DNA of 63,531 nucleotides, filler included, from Craspedostauros australis (taxonomy: Eukaryota), in NCBI GenBank assembly GCA_030167865.1. It is 19 parts of 19 records of this genome, joined end to end, with 100 filler letters (N's around TTAATTAATTAA, not from the genome) between each part and the next. Parts side by side here need not be neighbours in the genome. Positions count along the whole stretch, not along the records: positions 23,845 to 28,983 come from JALAGF010000750.1; positions 29,084 to 30,522 come from JALAGF010000751.1; positions 30,623 to 31,845 come from JALAGF010000752.1; positions 31,946 to 33,086 come from JALAGF010000753.1; positions 33,187 to 38,908 come from JALAGF010000754.1; 14 more parts are not named here. One strand, written 5' to 3'. Shown one piece after another: positions 24,378-37,200 of the stretch (the first letter of the stretch is position 1; each line of letters opens with the position of its first letter). The notes below the pieces were generated by a model. That model ran no database searches. It worked only from the letters and a program-made list of their open reading frames with translations, and was not told where the DNA came from. A program made the translations under genes and the position numbers.

Positions 24378-26659
24378 ATTGTGGTCGGTGAGGTATTTCG
24401 TGACGATCTTGAGAGCGGATTTGATGTATTCTTGTGAACCCATGCTCCATTTGGGTTGGGACGTGACGGGTCGGCAGTGAGGTGAAATTGTGAGATGGTC
24501 GATCCAAGATATGTTGTTGGAGGGCCAATGGAACTCGGTTTGAGGAAGAAGTGTGAGTCAATCGCATCAAGGATGCGTCGCAGTTGTTTGGATACAGCCA
24601 GGATGTCATCGGTGTACACGAGCACGTATTCGTAATATTCTGACCCATCGCTCGCAACAGCAGGCTTCATCCAGACGTCGCTGTCAGCACGACAGGATGT
24701 GAATCCCAACGAATCGCGCAATGTCTCGACCAGGTGTGCTCTCCATGCTGCTCCACTTGATTTCAATCCGTACAGGGCCCGACAAATGATGGCGATCTTT
24801 CCCTGATCGGATCCGAACTCCGGACCGCATCGTGTGTATATGCGTTCCCAACATGGAGCATTGAGGTATGCATTCTGAACATCTGCGGCAAGGATGTCCA
24901 AGTCATTGAGTGCAGCAATCAAAAACGCAATGCGTACGCTTTCGCGTGACACCACACTAGCGTATGTAATGGTTGCAGGTGCTTCCGTCATGTGTCCCCC
25001 AGCGACAAGTCGCGCTTTTCTTGTGAGGTCCACCTTGACAGCGAATATCATGTGGCATTCCATGTATTGGTTGTCAGGAATCGGGTGTTCTAAAACACCG
25101 AATTGCCGCACCTCCCAGGAGTAAGGAGCCGAATGTCATGATATGATACATTACCGCAACTCTCACCCTTGGATCTTTGTGACAGAAAAATGTGAGCTGC
25201 ACGTGTTTCGGTGATGGAGAACGACACGTGCCGAATGCGAACCGTACCTTGGCGTTCGTGACCTCAATACAGGAATGCCAATCACACGTGAATGTCGCAG
25301 GGGGCAGGGATGTTGGAATCGTGACCAACATCACGACACGAGCGACTACGGCCCCCATGTCGCAACCAATGAGAAAAGAGTACTGGAGGAAGGCCGATGT
25401 CACGAAGTGTGAGATGGCCTATGAACGAACCTGGTATGAGGAACATCCAGGAAGCCGGTGAAGTGATCGGCGAAGTAAGCGGAGAAACGACAGGCGAAAC
25501 ATCGGAGATGATCGGAGATGTGTGATGGTCGAGGAGCTGAATGAGCTCCCAACCGAGGTGTTCCCGTGACAAATGGGAGACCATGATCTGGTTGAATGGA
25601 CCGACCTGTGTGATGCCTACGACTCGGCGATGTCTAAAGCATCGAAACTATCGGTGGAGGACAACGTGCTTTTGTGCACGAACATGGGACACTCGGTGGT
25701 GCACGCATGTCCATGATGAATTTGCAGTGAATGCAAGATGAATGCCTTCTAGACCAACAGAGGGACCCATGGTGATCTCAGGAGGAGATCGAACTTTGAG
25801 ATTGAGAGCAATGAAGAGCTCACAATTCAGAGAAGTAGATTCTAACAAACGATTAGCTTTCTACTATCACACCACCCCGGATTTCCAACAATTGGTAGCT
25901 CACAGGATCAGGAGTATCAAGCTCCTTGATGTCGAACGCTGGTCGCACAGCCTTCATCTCCTTTGCAATAGCTTGTCGCCACAGATCCGTGCCTGTGGCT
26001 GCGTCGATCGCGAGTGCGTGACGCACTGATGTAGGAAGCTCCACGCCAAACATTTCGTTCTTTTGGACGTGTCGCCGCTTCGTTGCCATGATGATGCGTT
26101 GTTGTTTGCACAGAGTGTGTGGCACCCACCACTTGAATGCGGGTTCGTTGACGAGCTTGTTATCTGCGGCATATTCGGCAACACGTACTGGATCAGCTTC
26201 TTTTGCATCGCGTAGATGGATCCAGGATGTGGACCCGTCCTTCCACCGGATGCAGAGCTTCCAGCCTTTTGTGGATTTGGAATGAGGAGAAGGAGAAGCA
26301 ACAGAGGGCAAACGTTTGTGATCGATAATCTTGTCCATCAGCACAGTGGTGTATCCGTCGTCGTGGGAGAGAGGCAAAACAGAGGATTTGGAGACAACAA
26401 CGCCATTGGCAGTGAGGATGTACGAGCACATGGCGTCACCAACAGAGCAGCTTGGCCCAAGATATTGGCCAAGTTGTTTGACGTTCATGGATGCATCTTG
26501 AATGTTGATGTACCAGACAAAACCAAACCAGCCAAATTCAGCGATGTGAGAGATGTCAGCAGTATCACCGGATAGGATGGTTGCAGGTGTCTCGCAATGT
26601 AGATCATGGATGGCGAGTGCAGTATGACTGCGTATTTCGGCACAGTATTCGAAACAATA
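24378..26659 (-). pseudogene. Disrupted CoDi-type Ty1/copia pol (integrase C-terminus, chromo-like region, RT)
   Basis: YCFEYCAEIRSHTA...TADISHIAEF; TKGWKLCIRWKDGSTSW; CHMIFAVK.DLTRKARLVAGGH; ADVQNAYL; ALYGLKSSG; VYTDD. Frameshift near 24455 and interrupted by LTRs. Confidence 0.9.
25072..25890. mobile_element. Solo LTR (family A, 819 bp, TG...CA) with 6-bp TSD ATTGGT
   Basis: ATTGGT at 25066-25071 and 25891-25896. Removing the LTR and one TSD copy restores ...DPVSYQ-YMECHMIF... in frame. Confidence 0.92.
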
Positions 26660-28983
26660 TGTTGGAAATCCGGGGTTAGTGTTAGTAAGACCTAATTCGT
26701 TGTTAGACCGTACTATTCAGAACTGTGAGCTCATTCTCTTCAGCTCCTTTGCCTTTCGTTTCTCATATCCACAAGGATTTTTCGTCGCACAAAAGTCGAA
26801 AAGTTGCGTCAGGACGCAACAGTCTCAGAAAATTTCGATTTCTTGCGTCAGGACGCAAACCGAGAATTAGCGTGGCAAATTAACACGACGAAAAAATTGT
26901 ATCGACTAGTTGGACTGATGGCCTCAAAAACATCCTCCTCTTGTGCGGGCTTCCTTCGTGTTATTTTCTGAGCTTTTTTTCGTGTTGTTTTCGCGTAGTG
27001 TTCAGTGTTCTCTAGATCAAACACATACTCTAGAGGATGCTGCCATTTGCAGTGATCATGAGGATGCCAACTCTAGTTTGTTGGTACCATATTAGTAATA
27101 GCACTACCACAACAGCATAGACGTGGTGTTTTGTTTAGCTAGCCAGTGTCTTCATGTCTACTCGACTACGTGCATTTGTTGGTGTATCGATAGGACCTGC
27201 GGTCCTTTCCGTGCCTACTTCACATTGAGCAGTTCCTCTCCAGGCATCTTCACATGGAATCAGTGTCTATTTCATTCATTTTGAGGTGAGATGTGCATCT
27301 TGGTTTGTGTTTGCATCTATTTTGCCTGGGTCCAACCTCATTGGATGATCCAATCGAATCAAGATCGCCATCCTTGTGCTTATCTTTTAAGCAAAGATTG
27401 CTTGGTACATTGAGAAACATGAATGTGTTAGTACTATCATGAATAAGAAGATGTACATATGTGATAGCAGGACGGCAATCGGATTCACCCAGATTCTGGC
27501 CGCACGCATGACCGCCGCGAATGCAGTTGCTTTCCCACGCATTTGTTTCTGCCAACCAAAGGGATCTCACTTGACAACAGTACAGATACATACTGGCAAA
27601 CACCATCTGCTTCTATTGTTTCTATGCCTCATGTGGTCTTAGAATTGAACTCCGCACAGGAAGAACATCCATGCCTTCGTTGGTGCAAAATCTTGCGTGA
27701 GATTCTTGTTTGCGGCGGGGATGCGCCAAGTGTTGAAAGTCCAAACCCCGTAAGCACAAGCTTGAGGACAATTGACAGAGCATTGCATTTTATTTGAAGC
27801 GATGTGGAATGAAAGAGAGCCTTGCACTTGTGTAAAAACCAAGATTGTTGATGATCAATGTGCGGAGGCGAATTGTCGTGCAGAAGGCACGAACTATGTG
27901 CCCCGAACAGCACCACAGATAACACAGAGCTGATGGGTGAGCGGAAACACTCTTTTAACTGAGAAGGAGCAAACATAGGCAGCAAAGCTGGCAAAGAGAA
28001 TGGTAGTTTCACAACAGGAAGGAGGACAACGGAGCCGGATGCGAAATATCTGGCTCCTTTCCTCCTCTACGCAAGCAGGAGAGTATGGAAGAGGCGAAGA
28101 ATGTGATTTACAACACATAGAATCACTAATGTATGGATTGCAGCATTGAGAGAGTTGTTTCGATACTATTGTTGCTGGAAGTGGAGCGCAGATAAGATTT
28201 GCATCCATCAGTACAAAACAACACGGTAAAACACACAGTATTTGTCCCAAAGCACAGGCGACAAATGACGATATTGGACGATTTGTGGAGCGAGTGTTCG
28301 AGTGAGTCATATTATTTTGCGCTCCGTGTTAAATCTCCACGATAAAGTCAATTTTGCGTCCTGACGCAAACTTATTTCGGGGTTGCGTCAGGACGCAAGA
28401 AAAGCCGTTTTTGCGTCCTGACGCAAGGGTTTTCTCCTTGTGGATATAGCATCTCCTGCAGCAGCATCGTGTTATACTGTTGCATTCATGCATCTCTTCA
28501 TCATGAATCATCGCTTGCATACATGAGATCGCATCCGCAGGCATCCTTTGTCATGCACATCGTCGTGCATATCCTTATTCTACATTCCCTGCGGTACGAT
28601 TCCACAGTCTTGCGTTTCGCTCTTGATCTCCTGACACCGAACTTTCCGATTGGTGTCATGATTGGTGTCATGGATGATGCGCTTTCTGAGTTGTTCTAGT
28701 CCGTGGGTGACACGTGCCATGATCTCCAGATGGGGTGATCATCAATGTGTCGGTCATCATCTTCCTTCACATGATTTAGATATCGTGTCCTTTTCTTGAT
28801 TCATAGAGGACAGACTTGTTTGCTTGGTAAGACTGAGGTCATTCCCGTGTGATTCGTGTCGTGGGTGGAATGGATAATATTCAATGGTGTGACGAATAAT
28901 ATCCAAAGGTGTGACAAATAGTGTTGGGAGTTGCGGCAATCATGGGTATCTTTCCGACATAGTCGTACCCTCGATTCCTGACA
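26660..28983. mobile_element. Diverged LTR family A copy in opposite orientation, inserted in the integrase and itself carrying a DNA transposon
   Basis: Starts TGTTGGAAATCCGGGG (reverse complement of the solo LTR right end) and ends GATTCCTGACA at the contig edge. Confidence 0.8.
26769..28443. mobile_element. Non-autonomous piggyBac-like DNA transposon, TIR CCACAAGGA, TSD ATAT
   Basis: ATAT|CCACAAGGA ... TCCTTGTGG|ATAT. Five subterminal palindromes TTGCGTC(AG/CT)GACGCAA at 26804, 26843, 28354, 28383 and 28411. Confidence 0.8.
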
Positions 28984-29083
28984 NNNNNNNNNNNNNNNNN
29001 NNNNNNNNNNNNNNNNNNNNNNNNNNNTTAATTAATTAANNNNNNNNNNNNNNNNNNNNNNNNNNNNNNNNNNNNNNNNNNNN

Positions 29084-30353
29084 CCCTCCAGATTGGCACC
29101 CCTGGTAGTGAGGAAGACGGTGGTGCTGCGGCAGTTGTATCCTCGATCTGTCATGAGGGTTAGATTTTGAACAGAACCATCTGGTTCTTTTAGTTGGGTG
29201 AACAACCGATAGGTGTCGTCATCCAACCGATCTTGGCAAGCAGCCAACCCCACAACAAGTCCAGAAGCAGACTGGACAAGAGTGTTCAGGGTTAATCTGA
29301 AGGAACGCAGAAGACGGAAACGAGACGGAGACCTGGGGTGAGGAATTGAAATATGAAATGGAGATGCCACCCCTCTGCAACAAAACACACAATGCTGTTT
29401 GTCACTTACCCATTACGATTTGCATGAGTATGTCTCATGTCAAGCAGATAGCTGCTCTCTGCATGGCTGCTGCAATGGACCTTGTCATCATCCAATGTGA
29501 CAATCTGATTCGGGCAACGATGCTGAAGACAAAGAATCTCAAGTGTCAAGTTGAAAGCACTTTCCAATTCGGTCCAAACAAAGCGATGGCCATTCTGAGA
29601 GACAGGGTTTCCATTACGTTGAATACGATCCCAGAGATTGACGTAGTGCTGTCTGGCAGGAAAGCTGGGAAGTGTGGAAGCATTGCCGCCATCGTAGAGC
29701 CGACGAACGGTGCAGCCTTCCACCATCTGTGATGTGATGGCATAGAGGAACTCCATGTACTCAGCATATGAGAAACCCAGCCCGCTTGGGCCAAATGCAT
29801 GGATGAAAATGGGAGATGTGGGGCCCAGCACATCGTAGATCAAGTCATGGGGTGTTGGCACGTATGGTGGAGACCCAGGAGGACTCCTGGGGAAGCGCTG
29901 CAAGACAGCTGTTCACAGTGAACGAATCTCTTCCTTTGCATGGAGGAGAGCAAGCTTCTGGGCTTCTCCAACAGTCACTTTTGTTGCATGCTTGTAGGCC
30001 GAGAGCACCTTCCACTCCACAGAGATCTCCCGACTCCCTTTCTTGGGAGGGAGGACGATGCGATGGCTGTAGCCAGGAAGCGAGCACGGTTGGACTCCAA
30101 AATCACCAACCGGATTTCGAAGCACCAATGTTGGCACCGCACCCTTGTCATCACTGTTGACACAGATGCCATCTCCTTCTTCTTCATGGGTGTGCTTGCC
30201 TGCATCACCCATTCCATCATCCAAAATGTGTCCAAAGGGATGAAGCTGCTGGGATGGAGAGACATTGCCATGGCCGGTTGTTGCAACTGGAGTGGAAGCT
30301 GTGGGCAAGTCGTCATTGGCATTGGGAGCATCAGGTGGAAGAGAAGATGCCAT
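29084..30353 (-). pseudogene. Divergent piggyBac-like DDD transposase, N-terminal half, with one intron (29409-29297) and an in-frame TGA
   Basis: IVTLDDDK and LMTDRGY motifs. The GTAAGT...TTCAG intron joins NRNG-LTLNTL. TGA at 29915-29913 interrupts an otherwise continuous frame. Confidence 0.65.
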
Positions 30354-30622
30354 GATGAAGGTGACGTATCGAAGAAGGCAAGCTGGAAGAAGAAGGCAGT
30401 ATGGGGGATGCTGCGAATGACAAGCAAGGAGGTGCGAAGTTGGTGATGGAATGAAATGAACCACAGCAGGCAAGGAGGTTGGAGAGGGAGGGTTGTTGCC
30501 ATCTGGAGGAAAGCGAAGAAACNNNNNNNNNNNNNNNNNNNNNNNNNNNNNNNNNNNNNNNNNNNNTTAATTAATTAANNNNNNNNNNNNNNNNNNNNNN
30601 NNNNNNNNNNNNNNNNNNNNNN

Positions 30623-31845
30623 GGGCAAATACTGGCTTCTTGTGATCGACGATTACAGTGACTACTGCTGGAGTTACTTCATCACAGAGAAAGGCGACGT
30701 GGGGTCGAAGATGCTTTTGTTGTTCCAATGGCTCCAGGCGAATCAGCGAGTAACGGTTCAAAATGTCAGATGTGACAACGCAGGAGAGAATCGTTCTGCA
30801 GAGAAACTCTTACTTAACAAGGGATTCGCCCCAACCTTCGAGTACACTGCGGCATCGACTCCCCAACAGAACGGTTGCGTCGAAAGGAAATTCGCGACAC
30901 TCTACGGCAAAGTACCCGCCATGCTGAACCAAACCCATCTACCAAAAACAACGCGAGGGAAGCTGTGGGCAGAAGCTGCTCACACGGCAACGCAGCTGGA
31001 GAACATCATTGGCACGAAGTCAAGGGAACCAGCGTGCATACTGTTAAACGGAAAAATCCCAAAGTATGCAAATGACCTGCGTGTGTTCGGTGAGATGGGG
31101 ATGGTACACATCGGTGGACAGGCTATCAAGGCCAAGCTAGACGACCGCTCCAAACCTGCCATGTTCGTGGGATACGGACAGTCGCACGCAAAAGGAGTGT
31201 ATCGCATGATGAACCTTGCTACCTCGAGAATCTTGATGACTCGAGACATAACATGGTTGAATAAATCGTATGGAGAGTTCAAAGGTATTAAGGATGCCAG
31301 CAGATCCAGAGTGATGAACGCAGACGACAACTTCTCATCAAGAGACTCGTCCCCAGAGAGAGGAGTGACTTGGCTTCGTCAATCGGACAATGTGAGTGAT
31401 ATAGAGACCGATGACGATGAGCAGCGCAGCAGAACCGGAGAACAAGGAAATTCAGAAGATGCTGCGCTAGAGCAGGACGACCTGCTACCCGTCCAAGAGG
31501 ATCAGGAACCAGACGAAGACGTCGGCGATGAATCCGGAAGGGACGAGGATGGAAGGAGTGAGGAAAGAACGGTAGAAAAAGAACCACCCTCGACTCCAGT
31601 CGCAACACCTGTTGCGTACGTACCGAGAATGGTCAGAGATCTCGCAGGGTATAACAACTCGCCCGTTCCTAAAGAGGACAGAGACTATGGATCCAGCGAG
31701 GCTTCGGAATCTGACGATGAGAAGCAAGAGACTGCCCAAGAAACAGAAGCCGAAACAACGTCGACAGAGGGGCCGAGCTTCCATACAGACGGGTCGATGT
31801 TCAACAGAGACGTCGCAGGGATGATGATAGACACCACTCACGGAA
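30623..31845 (+). CDS. Ty1/copia integrase core and acidic linker (partial)
   Basis: YWLLVIDDYS, VRCDNAGEN, TPQQNGCVERKF, LWAEA, LRVFGE, KLDDRSKPAMFVGY. Confidence 0.92.
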
Positions 31846-34299
31846 NNNNNNNNNNNNNNNNNNNNNNNNNNNNNNNNNNNNNNNNNNNNTTAATTAATTA
31901 ANNNNNNNNNNNNNNNNNNNNNNNNNNNNNNNNNNNNNNNNNNNNGATCATCAGACCAGCAACGTCAGAGCCATCAGTCATCCTGTTCCGTTCACAGCTC
32001 TACTACAATCAAGAGCTGACATCTCGTGCTATCGCACGGTGCATGCAGGGCATCGCTCACTCTCGCGCTGCAATCAGAAGACGACAGTCAAGTAATCATC
32101 AATCAGCCTTTCACCCTTTTACAAGAAAGTTGGCACATGTGCTGCATAGTTCCATGGCACAAGTGGAGCACCCAGCATGGAACGAAAACAGCAATGACAA
32201 CACCAATATTCGAATGGAGAAATGGAACAAAATGAAAACAGCACCGCACGACCTATTGTTGGTGATAGGAGCCCAAGCATTTGTACAACTTTCATTTGTG
32301 GCAGCCATGCACGCACCTGGCAGGACGATTCCATGGGTGAGAGACGAGTGCACCCAAGCATGGAGAGTAAAACGATCGCCAGCGACTGGCGCGCACCTCC
32401 AAAGCGGCAAAAAGTGAGCGACGTCACTTCACAGGTTGGAGTTCAGACAGGCAAAAAATGTGCCATGGGCCAGCTGAACCATTGACTCGTCGTTTTTTGT
32501 TCCCTGTGGAGCAAAACGCTAGTTCACCATCCCTGCAAAATATCAGGCAAAACACGAAATGGCTGAGACTGCAATCACCATGAACCACGGCAGCAAGCTG
32601 AGTATAGCAGGAAAATGGACAGCAGCTCTCTTGCGGTAGCCTATTTATTACGTTTGTTGCGGGGATGATGCGGATGGTGCTCTCCGTGTCCTTGAAGATG
32701 TGCCGGTTGTGAAAATGGAATCTGCAGCGAGATCGCAATGTGTCACGACCGATCATACTTCAATTGCATGGGCTCGCAATGATCATGGGATTGGTGGCCG
32801 TCGCCGCGAAAGCATAACTTCATTCTTTTGTGCTGTTGGCGTTGTTCCTTGGTCCGTCTGGTTGTTTCTTGTGAACCGCATTCCAAAAGTAACGAATACG
32901 TGGTCGAGTATTCGTAGCGTGGCTATTGCGTTGATACATGCCGCGAATGGTTGGAGATGGTCCTCAAGGTCACAACGTAGTCCTCTGAATTGCATGTCCG
33001 TAGGCACATACGTACCAATGACCCGGAACGTAACCGCGTGATGCAGCGGATCAAAAGTGTATGTAGCTGGTACCCCCAAAATGATCNNNNNNNNNNNNNN
33101 NNNNNNNNNNNNNNNNNNNNNNNNNNNNNNTTAATTAATTAANNNNNNNNNNNNNNNNNNNNNNNNNNNNNNNNNNNNNNNNNNNNGGTGCAACCAATCA
33201 AACCCTAATGTACGAGGATTTAACACGGTGACGTACGACGGCCAGACCGAAGTTTGGGTCGATTGACGGTTGACGTACAGACGTTTGTATGGGCACGCAA
33301 TACACACGGCCGACGTACGGACGTTTTGTATGGAAAATGTCGATGATCCGCAACTCCCCGAAAGTGCGGACGAATGTTCATCATCCGCAACTCCCAAACA
33401 ACGCGAGATAGTACGAGCCACGCGATACACCGTGTTAAACATGTACAGCACGCTACACCATGATGAACACATGTTCACGTACATCTATGTGCACACACAC
33501 ATGCACCACGTCCATACGTACACGTCAACACTTCTATCATCTCCAACGGACCTCTACAACGTGAGATATTGATGATCAAAGTACTCAACATCAACCAGTA
33601 CTTGCAATACACGGTGTCATGTACATGTAAGCACACACACGTGTCTGCCATGACCATACGCACATGTGACAACAGGAAGCACACTCTGAATCAACTTGGT
33701 GATGGAGATAGTGATGCATGAGTACAACACAAACAACATGTGATAACACGTGCAACCATGTTAATGTGAGATGAACATGGTCAATGGCAGATGAACATTG
33801 TCAATGGCAAATGAACTATCTGTCAACATCAAATGAACTATTGTTAACACATTCCAACTACTGGAGGATGGCACAAGTCCCATGAAATGGCTNNNNNNNN
33901 NNNNNNNNNNNNNNNNNNNNNNNNNNNNNNNNNNNNNNNNNNNNNNNNNNNNNNNNNNNNNNNNNNNNNNNNNNNNNNNNNNNNNNNNNNNNNNNNNNNN
34001 NNNNNNNNNNGGAGGATGGCACAAGTCCCATGAAATGGCTGACTTGTGGGGGAGGAGGGGGAAGTCAACACCATCAACTGTGATACTCACACATCCACGT
34101 GCTCACACATCCACGTGCTCACACACACACACACACCGCCACACGGTACAACCAGCCACAACACACCACAACACGTGAGACCGTGGTGCAACAGTCAACA
34201 CCAAATGAACTATCTGTCAACACCATTCCAACTACTGGAGGATGGCACAAGTCCCATGAAATGGCTGACTGCAGAGCAGGGGGGAAAGACTTGCATTGC

Positions 34300-37200
34300 A
34301 TTGCGGTGCATTGCAGCGATACTGATTGATCGTTCACTCTCACAGTTGCAGTCACTTCTGGCCCATCTCTCAACACCACAACAAGTGATACTCACACACC
34401 CCTAACGCATGCACAGGTTCCATGTCACGCATGACATGCCACATCCATCACGCATGCGGCCAGCCACTGCATGATGCTCATTGCCACACTTGAAGATGGA
34501 GCACCATGGATCCCAGCATGACAAAGTTGCAGTCACTTCTGTCCCCTCTCTCATCACCGCCAACAAGCAACATTCGCACATCTCACAACGCATACACACA
34601 CTTCGGAACCCCCTTAACATGATACAAATGTGGCACATGCAGCTGGCTACTCCATGATGCTCGTTGTGACACTACATGATAGACCATGGTGGATCACGAA
34701 GTCTCACACATGCAATCACTTATGGTTCACCTCTCAACACCAACTGCGATACTCACAAATCCCACAATGCATACACACGTCCCATAGCATGCATGACATC
34801 GCATGAGCGTTGCACATGCTCCTGACTTCACTGTGATAATCACTGTCACATTCAAACATAAACCAATATGAATATCCAAGTCTCACAGATGCAGTCACTG
34901 TCAGTCCCCCTCTCTCAACACCATCAACCGCGATATTCACCCATCTCACGACGCATACACGCATCGCACAGCCAGCATGACATGGATCAAGCATGGTGTG
35001 TGCGACCGGCCACTCCATGATGCTTGTTGTCACAATCAAAGGGTTAGCGTAGCGCATTGCCCAGTTGCACTGCTGCAGTCAACTTCAGTCTTGCTCTCAA
35101 AGCCATCAACAACATTCATCACACATACTACACTGCATACACATACCTATCAGCCCTCTGGGTATGGTGCATCCCTGGCACATGCAGTTGGCTACTCCAT
35201 GATGCTAGTTGCCACAGTCAATGGAGGACCATGATTGATTGTTCAGTCTCACAGTTGCAGCCAATACCGGGTCCACTCTCAACACCAACAACTGTTGCAG
35301 TCACACATTCCATGATGCATATACATACCTTGTACAAGCTGCATGGCATGGCATGGCATGGCATGGCAGGGCATATCCACAACACATGCAGGAGGCTACT
35401 CTCTGATGTTCGTTGTCACACTCAAGGATGGACCGTGATGAATCACAATTCTCACAGCTGTAATCACTTCCAGTCCCACTCTCAACACCATCAACCATGA
35501 TATTAAGACATTCGATAACGCATATACCTACCTAGCATAGCCCCGAATGACATGACACAATCGTGACACATATGGCCAGCTACTTCATGATGCTTGTACA
35601 CACACTCAAAAGGCTGAGCATAGCACGTTGCTGAGTCTCACAGTTGCAGCTACTGTCTGTGCCCCCCCCCCCCCAACAATAATAATAATAACTCAGGGAT
35701 TACATTAGAAATGTGCTGGTAGGCATTACCCTTGCCACCACCAGCCTTGTGGGGCCCAGCTTTGAGAGAGCTTTCAGAGAGTCCTTACTCACTCACCCAG
35801 CCCGAGCCAAGATGCCATTGATCGCTTTTTGGCATGCATTGACCTGGATTGGCGTCGCGCCCTGACTTTCGCATGAACGGCAGTCATGGAGTGGACCCAC
35901 TGCGTCATCTGTGCTTCCGTGCCGAACTCAACTGTCCTGCCCTCGCAGAGCAGATGGAGCTTCTCCTTCATCATATCCTGGCTGATCCCCCAACGCCAAA
36001 CGCCTCACCTGTCGCCGTAACTCTGCCACGGATGGGCGTTGCTCCTCATTGTGAACTTTATCGTTGCAGGCCTTCCAGACTTCGCAGGGGACTTTCCATT
36101 TCTACCTGATCACCTCTTTCGCCCAAGCGCCTTCGTCCAGGTAAAAACACTCATGGCTGGTCATCCAAGTGTTCTGTTGACGTCGCCAATCTTTATGCAA
36201 GAACCCCAGGATGAATGGATGCCAGCCAATCATGCCCTGAGCGTGGCTCTGGGCTGCGCGCCGGCGCATTTCCACCAACCTGTGCCAAATCCCTTGTATC
36301 ACTCGTGGGTTTGTGCCGATTCTCACCATGTGGTCGTGGAACTCCTCTGTCGCCCGTGTCCATGCTTCGACGTGTTCTGGGCATTCCAGAATGTGGTGGG
36401 TGGCCTCCTCCCAGAAGCAGAACTGGCATGCAGCCATCTCTTTCTGCCCAGTTTGGTGGAGCTTCCTGTTGAACCCAAAGGACCTCGACAACCACTTCAT
36501 GATGAACTGGGCGAGGTCCTGGTTCTTCAGTGCCGATTGAGCGGCTTGGTACAACTTCCAGTCGACGAGAGCCACCTGCACCTCGCTCTCTTGGAACTTC
36601 GACGCCCAATATTTGGCGGCTGAAGAGGACTGGAGCAGGGCATTCATAGCGGCTGAATCCACATGCAAGGGATGCCGTCCGTACAGTAAGATTGTCCATC
36701 GATTGGTGCATGTGTTCCATTGACGGATGTGCCTATGTTGTCTGGTGCGCTCCCAATGCTCCTTTGCTTTGTGATCAGCAACAACATTCAGCTCCTCCAG
36801 GACCAAGAGCTCTTTGCCAGTATTGTCCTGGTGACCCCGCACCCACTCCCATTTGAGGGTAGCCAGAGTACTGTGTCGCAGCCATTCTGTCGCCATAGGC
36901 AGGTCCCAGTCTCGTTGGGTGGACCGCAGCCGGTATTCTTGAGCTTGCTGCAGGGCCTGACTACTGTTGAGTGCCAGAGTAATGGTGCACGAGCTGTCAA
37001 GACCATCAAGCGCCTCAACCATGGAAAGGGAGGCCCATATCCCTGCCAGCTCGCTGCGGTATTCCCTGTGTACGTCGCTCGGCCCAGGACGAAGGTGTGG
37101 CAACATAGCTGGTGCTTCGAAGCCATGTCATACATGATGGAAGCAGACGTGCCTTGGGACTCCTTGAAAGACCCGTTGCTCACCACCAAGAGGTTCCCTC

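Noticed and set aside
31946..33086. Coding content of this contig
   Set aside because: It has only short ORFs with no motif I can recognise.
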